Shown here: positions 11,001 to 18,049 of the stretch, one piece after another | How the letters are laid out: the number at the start of each line of letters is the position of its first letter | Position numbering within the stretch: the first letter of the stretch is position 1 | Virus record (IMG/VR): IMGVR_UViG_2687453178_000004 | Strand: one strand, 5' to 3' | Source of the DNA: an uncultured virus (IMG/VR IMGVR_UViG_2687453178_000004) | Taxonomy: Duplodnaviria; Heunggongvirae; Uroviricota; Caudoviricetes | DNA length: 64,000 nucleotides | Position numbers and translations under genes: made by a program | Notes under the pieces: generated by a model | Told to the model about the DNA's origin: nothing | What the model saw: the letters and a program-made list of their open reading frames with translations, nothing else | Databases searched by the model: none

Positions 11001-13363
11001 GTTAGATCAGCGCTCATTTTCATTCCGTTCTCATCTCGGAAATCCGCAATACGATGAGTGATCCAAGACATATAGCCAGCATTGCTATTGATAGCTTCAA
11101 GCTCTTCCGATTCCAAAGTATCTAGGTACGCTTGATAACGTGGGTTATCTGCCTTACCTGTTTTTGCTTTAGCAAAGCGTTCTTTTGCAACTGACTGATT
11201 TAACTCTTTAGTTTTCAACGTGTGTTCAACTTGTGGCGCATCATAAACTCGTTGATTCTCGATACCCGTTGCTAACGGAGTAACGTCACGCTCACCGTTT
11301 GGTTGATGTCCACCAGCAAACGAGTTGGTTTGAGCTTGTTGTCTCATACCTTGAAGAACACGCGCCTGATTACGTTGAAACTCTGGCGTTTCCTCAACGT
11401 TTGGTTGATAGCCATTGGTTCGAATGCCGCGATTCTCTAGTTGCTGTTGAGCATTGCGCTCTTGAGCTTGCTGATCACGCAGAAAACTCTCTTCATCAGT
11501 TGGGCGTAACTGATCGACTTGTTTTAGCTCTTCGGAGTTAATGACACGCTGCAAAGCGCTGATCGCTTGCTCTTGGCTCATGCTTCCGTCACGACGCGCT
11601 TTTGCAGTCTGAAGCACTGCTGCTGGTGAGATTTCCATGGCGCGTTGCAAGCCTTGTTTAAAGTTTTCGTCTTGCGCTGCAATTTCATCGACAAAACCAA
11701 GCTCACCACGTTGAATTGATTGGCTCAATTCAAACTTATCTCGTTGAGCATCTTGAGAATGGTATAGCTCTGAATCTGCCATTACTTCGCCAGTTTCAGG
11801 ATCAAACATTTCTGCTTGAGCAACTTCATTATCAACTGGTGATTTTTGTTTCTGTCCAATAGCACTCAAGAACTCATTGTAAATTGAATTCATTGAACGC
11901 TGCGCCGCTTGACGTTCTTCAATGGATAGATCTGTATTAAGAGTTGCCAAGTAACGGCTCATGTCTTGACGCAATTGCTTCGCGTAATCATTGCCTCGGT
12001 CTTGTTTTTCCCAAGTTTTGATTGCGCTGACAGCTTGCTGGCCGTCACGGATTAGATCGGCATGATTGTCTGAAGAGAACAGATTAACAGGCGCTTGCTC
12101 TTGCTGTTTTGCAGCTTCAGAAATTGGTTGTTGTGGTTGCGCTTGCTGTGGCTGTACTGGTTCCGGCTGTTGTGGCTCAACACTTTGTTGTGCTTCCGCT
12201 TGATCTTCCGTTGCGTGACGCTCTGCTGCTGGCGGCACTTTACCCATTGCAGCACCTAACGCTTGATGTGCTAAAGCCGTAGATTCGTTAGCATCAAAGC
12301 CCATAGAAAGAGCGCGGTTCTCAATCTTCGGTCTTAGAAGAGCCTCAATCTCTTGATCTGTTTTACCAACCGAGCGCAATTGCGAAATCACTTCTGGATT
12401 GATCGCTTGTTCAATCTTGCTTTCAAAGTTACGACGACGGTAACGACCAGCCACACCACTAGGCGCACCAAAACCACCACCGATCAAACCACCGACTAAA
12501 CCAGACTCAAGCGCAGCCGCGCCAACGCCTTCGGAGTTGTCGCCTTCAACGTCCATCTTTTCGTTGGTATGAACGTTAGAGCGGTATTGTTCAACGCCAC
12601 CTTGTACGGCCTCGGTGCCACCTTCAGCAAGTACACCTTTACCAATAGCACCTTTGATTGTTTTGCCTAAACTACCTTTTAGCAGTTTAACCATTGCCTG
12701 ATCACCTACCGTTTCACCGATCAGGTTGACCATGCCTAGAGTAAGGTCGGTTTTAATTGAATCTCCAACCTCTTGGGCCAATCGAGTACGAGCGTTGTTT
12801 AGCGCCTCTTCATCAGAGATATTCTTATCCGCTTCTTCGGCCACATAACGCTTGAACTGTGGAGAATCCATTAATTCGTGATAAGGAATGTTCTCGATTT
12901 CTCGTTGAACACTTAAGGCTTGACCACCGTTACCAGCCGCCAAGTTTAGAAGTGCGTTAGTACCGACATTGGCACCTTGGGACACCGCAGCGCTTCGACC
13001 TGCCATTGACGCTGCTTTACCTGCTGCGCCGGCTGGCAACATGGTTACGGCCATACCACCAAGCACATTAGACGCAGTACCTAACCATGTACGCCAATCT
13101 TTAGCACCTTCGCCAAAGCTCATATCATCATTGATGATATCTTTCGCCATGGCTTCACGCATTTCAGGCGATAAGGTTTCGTATTGCTCATTAGCCCAAT
13201 TCTCTAATGAACTTGCTGCCTTTTCTGCACCAACGAAATTCGCAGCACCAGCCAAAGTTTGCAAAGCGCCTTGTTGAGCCATATCAACAACGTCACCAAA
13301 CGTTGATGTGTTTCGATTACGCTCTCTTTCTGCTACTCGACGTCTCGCCTCTATGAAATCCAT
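5009..13363 (-). CDS. Giant (2784 aa) virion ejection/polyvalent protein with adenine methyltransferase, HExxxH and PLxRFG regions
   Basis: VLEPSAGMG and IVMNPPF MTase motifs; RTLRHEFIAH; FYVPLARFG; Gly/Ala-rich N-terminus; last gene of the morphogenesis cluster. Confidence 0.85.
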   Translation of the reverse strand: MDFIEARRRVAERERNRNTSTFGDVVDMAQQGALQTLAGAANFVGAEKAASSLENWANEQYETLSPEMREAMAKDIINDDMSFGEGAKDWRTWLGTASNVLGGMAVTMLPAGAAGKAASMAGRSAAVSQGANVGTNALLNLAAGNGGQALSVQREIENIPYHELMDSPQFKRYVAEEADKNISDEEALNNARTRLAQEVGDSIKTDLTLGMVNLIGETVGDQAMVKLLKGSLGKTIKGAIGKGVLAEGGTEAVQGGVEQYRSNVHTNEKMDVEGDNSEGVGAAALESGLVGGLIGGGFGAPSGVAGRYRRRNFESKIEQAINPEVISQLRSVGKTDQEIEALLRPKIENRALSMGFDANESTALAHQALGAAMGKVPPAAERHATEDQAEAQQSVEPQQPEPVQPQQAQPQQPISEAAKQQEQAPVNLFSSDNHADLIRDGQQAVSAIKTWEKQDRGNDYAKQLRQDMSRYLATLNTDLSIEERQAAQRSMNSIYNEFLSAIGQKQKSPVDNEVAQAEMFDPETGEVMADSELYHSQDAQRDKFELSQSIQRGELGFVDEIAAQDENFKQGLQRAMEISPAAVLQTAKARRDGSMSQEQAISALQRVINSEELKQVDQLRPTDEESFLRDQQAQERNAQQQLENRGIRTNGYQPNVEETPEFQRNQARVLQGMRQQAQTNSFAGGHQPNGERDVTPLATGIENQRVYDAPQVEHTLKTKELNQSVAKERFAKAKTGKADNPRYQAYLDTLESEELEAINSNAGYMSWITHRIADFRDENGMKMSADLTSSQHKEFDKYLREYADRHLSERVKSERQKAIDLTKSDLSDDKPEPTQPKASKATSNETDASKAKKGRSRPSGAREYLKAINALQSGEYTKEEAIELIDNYIDDVPALEEEFSQFTKPAIGNFFAQMGQWIDTSLRKDDLVKRAVKDIGNQFAAIQSDGGMFVVKSPSAMRNILSEMSDADYNKLAEKRKQQAIEREQEAERKKKALDNPQTLDDFQAYARANGGTIDAFNDQQLAEFDRLYTENQLSKLAEQEKRELERKAEVKAVETDGTIELSKVDVLNEAKGEQRYGAAFSEVDSDTFNDMRAKAKQLGGWYARAYKPKNLPARFDFKSEQARDDFLSVMGGLNVDQSERVKQRDQEKTKSKKEKQVEALREKAASLQAKADESNNTQRLTNTSRRAAMAASAAARADKQEAQANILRKIADGVESGEFLLLGNLTDISQLEELTSVMNRVKWDMPEDVREKLAYRDQQGNWHLKPETKFNQVARYVRFPAPKSTPASLEYIAREIENLDGYKMTAKSIRANIKGLKEHESVNLNGVRWDKVIPKLRQLARSKSNTVYRVEHINELFKSQDRLIRMGIKGDITLRQALREYEQANNGKMSTQKEKTRLQKLTEKIEETVRGNRNAFNDFFPTPEAEVKKLIDLADIKPGMKVLEPSAGMGHIADQIAALNGVDLDVGELAFTLSELLEEKGHNVVAGDFLEYNAGEIYDRIVMNPPFSNDADIHHINHALTMLKDGGKLVAITSSMAGNRGNTTNKNFRRYLDEVGAEEINLDAGAFKNSLNPTNVATKIIVIEKPANDQYDDIRFSKASEVNKKPSTSLSPEKVTQAAQDWINQYDGLKGANVMVVPTMADLHELVETESNAIVKGAWLSGDNRVVLVAENLENVADVRRTLRHEFIAHNGLYANLDVAQQAQLTKKVNSLRNVNSLKGIFAEVDKSYRTAPEDVKAEEVIAKIAETESSVSQRILDKVLSWVLGALRRSGILSAEKITLSEVRNMINNVDSDLRKPNGMTTLSNVVRFSQTISSMDEDLAQQGDPIVSIADALAAKNESFYKQMLGNINVPFISKQFDALKNGGWALLNLRQMAEVGRKRVSREVGNILESYVNNKDLFTTRKTDLIEKVHKQADALNKFRKDKPQDAEATFSLLHDATLADVDPSKEYVDQTDEKKVLLKTLAKLYQEYGGSQTKRGSEIWQERQALEREIKNEPKLRLKHKALREKFLQLSPDAQKVFTDVRDHYISQREEMDKALEERITDLAMAGNKRAGENTYHRYMMEKSRLGFYVPLARFGNYWIDAVDPSGERVFQMYETENAMMKDVKKLQAAGYKVQDDKNANLEVGQVRFGLKIQESRGLNGASASFVSDIIKAISGAQTNDKVKDQLTDEIYQMYLQTMPDRSIRKSFIHRKGVAGYSEDAARVLADQGVRQANQQARLETEKRFTDLMEELKIATDKSNNVSASRLYNEMVKRHEWMMNPQRAQWAQALTGFGFFWQIGISPASAMINLSQNWQIALPYIGSRFGFKETAAEMASLSGLFAKTFVAKKSKAGLRGDMDMTNGILGDVLNQEEREALRHAIKIGAIDVTQMADLTGMAEQESSNYTGKWAKAQQLIGAPFHWAEVMNREVCFITAYRMAKKNGLSKQESLDYATKATWDSHFDYSSRNRARFMQGDVAAVALQFKQYSQNMTYYLFSRFFDSIKGETPEVRKEARKQLLGTFAVTFAIGGLNALPVATIAAIANMAYAVAGDDNEPWDAETELKSLLAKTFGEDIAKGLYYGSMPSVSSRINIDLLRLWVQESDAQDSVGVAENILQQAAGASFGIAVSWARGLDYMTEGQYLRGVEYMTPKWIKDVFRTARYASEGGTVTNRNGEIIIDDVTLFEHAQQALGFTPARLVQQYDSNSALKGYERQVTRRRQSLMNAYWLAVRTKDNDGRKSVLNNIREFNRSEWGRQNPITNEVLSRSVKQHFKMASKSQNGAHYNQKYIKLLQEQQSW

Positions 13364-13644
13364 CGGTATCCCCTCTAAATACTAAATAGGAAATAGACGA
13401 TGAAATTATATCTTTAAAAAGTATCGATTGATTACATTTATCACCGAAAGAAAACAAAATAGTTTTTCATTTGAAATTCAAAATGATATGCTACAAAAAA
13501 GCTTGACTATCACGCCTAACGGTAATTATTCTACTCGGGCAACGGCAAAATCCGTTGTCGGGATTAGTACCCCGCAATTGCAAAGGCGTGATAACGCCAG
13601 CTTTACGCTGGTTTTTTATTGCGTGATTCAGTGCGCCCAAATTA

Positions 13645-13718
13645 TGGTGGACTGGATAAGGGCGCTTCGGCGCGCCGTTTCCTTTGTAGCGGTAGTACTA
13701 ACCTTGTTCAGTTCACCA
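13645..13718 (+). ncRNA. c4/CI-type antisense RNA, copy 2 (specificity loop GTACTAA)
   Basis: Same fold as copy 1; loop complementary to TTAGTAC at 13564 and 13727. Confidence 0.8.
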
Positions 13719-13774
13719 CCAGCAGATTAGTACCTCTTGGTGGTGATTTAAATGTCATTACAAAGGAGGCGACT

Positions 13775-14383
13775 ATGCCAGCACAAACTACACTCCCAAT
13801 CGAACAACATCGTCCAGAAGATCTCGTCTTTATCTCTCAAACAAATAAACTTGTCACCGATTCTTTTTTGGTCGCTAAGTACTTTGGAAAGCGTCACGAC
13901 GACGTGCTTAGAAAGATAAGAAACCTAAATTGCTCGTATACCTTTACAAACCGCAATTTTACGGTTTGCCATAAAAACAATGAGTTACAGAACAACAAGC
14001 TCCAACCGTTTTATCAAATGACAAAAGATGGGTTCATATTCTTGGTGATGGGCTTTACCGGAAAGAAAGCTGCCATAATCAAAGAAGCTTACATCAATGC
14101 TTTTAACTTAATGGCTGAGAAGCTAACCAAGCAGAGTGAAAACTCCATCGACTTCAATCCAAATCTCTACAAAGACTTCGTTGACTTGAAAGAGCATGTA
14201 AACTTTAGAGTGTTGATTGACGTGGTTGCTGGACGAGCAAGTGGGCTCCAGTTTGTGCCCGATGACGCTTTTGTGTGTAATAAAGAGAAGTTTATGCACT
14301 ACATGAACAACAACCGAATCTTCACCAATCAAGACATTATTAAGATCAACACTATTGCAGCTAAACGTCTTAGCTTGATGTAA
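13775..14383 (+). CDS. rha: Rha family phage regulatory protein/antirepressor, copy 2
   Basis: Same motifs as copy 1; differs mainly in one N-terminal patch. Confidence 0.88.
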   Translation: MPAQTTLPIEQHRPEDLVFISQTNKLVTDSFLVAKYFGKRHDDVLRKIRNLNCSYTFTNRNFTVCHKNNELQNNKLQPFYQMTKDGFIFLVMGFTGKKAAIIKEAYINAFNLMAEKLTKQSENSIDFNPNLYKDFVDLKEHVNFRVLIDVVAGRASGLQFVPDDAFVCNKEKFMHYMNNNRIFTNQDIIKINTIAAKRLSLM

Positions 14384-14419
14384 AACAAAATAAAGCCAGC
14401 TATTAGCTGGCTTTATTTT

Positions 14420-14697
14420 GCCTCGACTGCAAAGTCTCCGGTATTGGCCCTAAAGAAAAACACTATTTCCTTTTGACCTCCTCTTTAAATACTGAAACTG
14501 ACAATTCCTTACTCACACATACACACCTCGGATTGAATGATAAAAATGTTGTCGCTACGTTAATGCCTGTTCAGGACATGGAGGCCAGCATTAACAAGAC
14601 ACTGCTCCTTAAATATAAAAGTTCAGATAAGCACGACCTAATCTGCCATCAACAGGCGGATGTATTCATAGAAAAATTGTCATTACATTTAGCATAA
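14420..14697 (+). pseudogene. Possible 3' remnant of a gene truncated at the repeat boundary
   Basis: Frame is open from the repeat edge to a TAA overlapping the EamA ATG; no good start or RBS. Confidence 0.35.
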
Positions 14698-15650
14698 TGA
14701 GTATTAATATGTCTAAAAACAAGCTAACAATATTGTTATTTTTTTCGGTTTGCATAATTTGGGGGACAACCTGGTTTGCAATGGAAGTAGCAGTGTCGAC
14801 GATCCCCCCTTTATTTGCTACAGGTATGCGCTTTCTCATTGCTTCTACCATTTTGATTTTCTTGGCAAAAGCATTCAATCAACCATTGTTATTTCCACGA
14901 GGTAAAGGGCACTGGTTTGTTGTAGTCTCTATTTTTTATTTTGCTATCCCATTTACCTTAATGATTACAGGTGAGATGTTTATCTCATCAGGATTAGCTT
15001 CCATTATTTTTGCCAACATGCCTATTGCGGTCATGATGGCATCAACGATCTTCCTTGGACTTCGTTTAGCTGCACACCAAATATTGGGTGTATTTACTGC
15101 CGTCGCGAGCTTGTGTGTGATTTTATCAAATGAACTTGATATCGGAGGAGAAGCGATCTTTATTGGTTCGGCCGCCCTGAGTATTGCGGTACTGATCCAT
15201 GCTGTTATGTATGTTTTAGTACAAAAATACTGCACTGAAATCCAAGTCATTACCTACAACGTAATGCCAAGTTTTCTTGCTTCGCTACTGCTTTTAATTG
15301 GTTCATTCCTATTTGAAAAACCAAATATTTTAGCATTTTCACCTCAATCTATAATGGCTGTTGCTTATCTTGGCATATTTGCTAGTGTGGGAGGTATAGT
15401 GGCCTACTTTAAACTAGGAAATATATCTTCTCCGTTTGTCGCTTCACTTTGTTTTATGATATTTCCCCTAATAGCACTTTCTATCAATGCATATATAAGC
15501 GGCAATGTAATATCGTTCCAATCTTTATTTATGTTAATCCCTCTACTCATCGGTGTTCTATTCGCAAAATTGGATTTAAGGGGGAAAATTTTGAATTGCA
15601 ATTTAAATAGCCAGATGAAGAAAAAATATTTTTCTTTATCTGAAAAATAA
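14697..15650 (+). CDS. EamA/DMT family transporter
   Basis: IIWGTTW, IPPLFATGMRF and ISSGLASII motifs; about 10 TM helices; AT-rich moron. Confidence 0.88.
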   Translation: MSINMSKNKLTILLFFSVCIIWGTTWFAMEVAVSTIPPLFATGMRFLIASTILIFLAKAFNQPLLFPRGKGHWFVVVSIFYFAIPFTLMITGEMFISSGLASIIFANMPIAVMMASTIFLGLRLAAHQILGVFTAVASLCVILSNELDIGGEAIFIGSAALSIAVLIHAVMYVLVQKYCTEIQVITYNVMPSFLASLLLLIGSFLFEKPNILAFSPQSIMAVAYLGIFASVGGIVAYFKLGNISSPFVASLCFMIFPLIALSINAYISGNVISFQSLFMLIPLLIGVLFAKLDLRGKILNCNLNSQMKKKYFSLSEK

Positions 15651-15674
15651 GGCCAGCCACTAGCTGGCCTTATT
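15649..15674. terminator. Bidirectional terminator between convergent genes
   Basis: AAGGCCAGC-CACTA-GCTGGCCTTATT. Confidence 0.7.
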
Positions 15675-16250
15675 TTAAATATTAAATGGCCTACACAATG
15701 CGTTAATTAATCGGGTCGGCACTCTTGGAAATAGTTCTTTCATTTCTTCTGCCGAAATACCAGACAAACGCCCAAAGCGAGACATAATCTTTTTTACAGC
15801 ATCAGGATCATATCTTAATAACCTTCTGACTCTATTGCCTGCTACGTCGTATTTTTTTTCACCACTATTAGGCCAATCTATACTGCATTTACGCAACAAA
15901 AAATCATGAGAAAACTTGACGGCAACGCCTTCCTCCAACCAACTTACTTCTTCATATTTTACTGGGCTTAGAGTATGAATAGCTTCATGAGCAAGTTGAT
16001 AGTGAGCTCGGTCGCGATCATGTTTACATTCTTTGTTAATGAACACTCCTATTGACTCTGTACGTGATGTATCTGTAAAAGGCTGTAGATGCGTAAATTC
16101 TACAGGCCGTAATATTCTGCCGTGTCGAGAACTACCAATCTCAACTTCCGCATCCTCTATTGCAAGTTTAAGAATTTTATCCATCCTCAACGGCTAGGGT
16201 ACTCCCTGCGAAAGAGCAGGGAGGGGAATAGCCAAAGGTGCGATAGCGCC

Positions 16251-16661
16251 TTAATGCGGTCTATCCTGTTGCTCGATGTACTGACGAATAACAGTTAGTG
16301 GCGCACCTCCACATGTTCCAGCAAAGTAAGACCGACTCCAAAGCACATTCTTACCAAACGCTCCTGCTACATCATTAAATTCCCTGCGAATCCTGCGTGA
16401 ACTGGTTGCTTTTAACGAGTTCACCAATTTTGCAACGCTAGGTGTATTCGGAGATGTTGATATTAGCAAATGAACATGGTCAGGCTCTCCGTTAAATTCC
16501 TTTAGCTCTGCATCAAAGCCCAAACAAAGCTCCCTGAAAGTCGCCTCAAGACTTTGTAGATGCAAATCTCCAAACACTTTCTTTCTGTATTTTGTCACGA
16601 AAACGATATGTAAATGCAGTGAATAACAACTATGCCTACCCTTATTAAAACTACCGCACAC
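16251..16661 (-). CDS. tnpA: IS200/IS605 HUH (Y1) transposase
   Basis: HIVFVTKYR, EPDHVHLL, LWSRSYF and RQYIEQQ motifs. Confidence 0.93.
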   Translation of the reverse strand: MCGSFNKGRHSCYSLHLHIVFVTKYRKKVFGDLHLQSLEATFRELCLGFDAELKEFNGEPDHVHLLISTSPNTPSVAKLVNSLKATSSRRIRREFNDVAGAFGKNVLWSRSYFAGTCGGAPLTVIRQYIEQQDRPH

Positions 16662-16724
16662 TGATATTGCCTTTAGATATAAGTTGATAATATAAATACA
16701 TTATCAAGATTCACACTGACTGTC

Positions 16725-17903
16725 ATGTTAATACGCAAAGCATACAAATTTCGGTTAGAGCCTACCGCTACCCAAGCGGCTAGACTTGCTGTGCTTTGCG
16801 GTCATGCTCGATTTGTGTGGAATCAAGGCTTGCGCCACTGCTTAAACAAGTTGGACTCTGGCGAGAAAATACCAAGCGCATTCGAGCTTAATAAGCTGAT
16901 AACTCAGTGGAAGAAGCAAGACGATTTATCGTGGCTCAAAGAGGCATACACTGACAATCTACAACAAAAGCTCAAAGACCTTCATACGGCTTGGATGCGA
17001 TGCTTCGACAAGTCATTAGCTGCTGATAAGCCTAGATTTAAAAAGAAAGGTAAAAACCAAGATTCAGTGCGCTTTGTTAACTTTAACAAATACTGCGAAC
17101 TAGATGGTAAGCGTGTAAAGCTACCGAGCAAGCTTGGCTGGCTGAAGTTTCGCAAATCACAAGAAGTGCAAGGCAACATTAAGAACTGTACTGTTAGTTT
17201 TAAGTCTGGTCACTGGTATATATCGTTCCAAGTTGAGCAAGAAATTGATGAACCTAAGCATACCTCTAGCTCTGCCGTTGGTATTGATATGGGTGTTGCC
17301 AAGTTCGTCACATTGTCTGACGGCTCATATCTAAAGCCGCTTAACGCATTCCGTAAGCATGAAAAGCGCTTAGCTGTTGAACAGCGCAAGCTATCAAGAA
17401 AAGTTAAGTTTTCTGCTAACTGGCAGAAACAGAAAGCCAAAATTCAAAAGCTACACACTCTCATTGCGAATTGTCGCAAGGACTACTTACATAAAGCCTC
17501 ACATCAAATCAGCAAGAACCACGCGATGATAGTGATTGAGGACTTACGTGTATCAAACATGTCTAAGTCAGCAAAAGGCAATGCAGAAAAGCACGGTAAA
17601 AATGTGAAAGCTAAGTCAGGGTTGAACAAATCAATACTTGATCAGGGTTGGTATGAGTTCAGAAGACAACTAGAGTACAAGCAATTATGGAATGGTGGTT
17701 TAGTTGTCGCTGTGCCAGCGCAATACACAAGCCAAACCTGCCCTTGTTGCAGTCATGTATCGAAAGATAACCGTAAAACTCAATCTCATTTTGAGTGTAT
17801 TAAGTGTGGTTACACCAACAATGCAGATATTGTTGGCGCATTAAATATTTTAGAGCGGGGACACCGCTTGTTAGCCTGTGGAGAGTCGGCGTTAGCCGCT
17901 TGA
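16725..17903 (+). CDS. tnpB: RNA-guided endonuclease TnpB
   Basis: AYKFRL, RuvC GIDMG/VIEDL/NADIVGALNI, zinc finger CPCC..CIKC. Confidence 0.93.
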   Translation: MLIRKAYKFRLEPTATQAARLAVLCGHARFVWNQGLRHCLNKLDSGEKIPSAFELNKLITQWKKQDDLSWLKEAYTDNLQQKLKDLHTAWMRCFDKSLAADKPRFKKKGKNQDSVRFVNFNKYCELDGKRVKLPSKLGWLKFRKSQEVQGNIKNCTVSFKSGHWYISFQVEQEIDEPKHTSSSAVGIDMGVAKFVTLSDGSYLKPLNAFRKHEKRLAVEQRKLSRKVKFSANWQKQKAKIQKLHTLIANCRKDYLHKASHQISKNHAMIVIEDLRVSNMSKSAKGNAEKHGKNVKAKSGLNKSILDQGWYEFRRQLEYKQLWNGGLVVAVPAQYTSQTCPCCSHVSKDNRKTQSHFECIKCGYTNNADIVGALNILERGHRLLACGESALAA

Positions 17904-18049
17904 TGAATCAGGAACTTGCACCTAAAGCAATTTAGCGTGCGCCCATGTAATGGGAATCCCCTAGCGAATTAGCTAGGGGAGGATGTCAAGGTAAAAAGCT
18001 AATAATGCCGTAACTAATAATTCTAGCTTGAGCTCTTCTGTATAGTACA

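Larger units (their letters stand above)
13462..14419 (+). repeat. Direct repeat copy 2 (promoter, c4-like RNA, rha, terminator)
   Basis: Near-identical to 992-1949. Confidence 0.95.
16181..17989 (+). mobile_element. IS200/IS605-family element
   Basis: Divergent tnpA and tnpB; subterminal hairpins CTCCCTGC/GCAGGGAG and TCCCCTAGC/GCTAGGGGA; right end TCAA; follows TTTAT; no target duplication. Confidence 0.88.
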
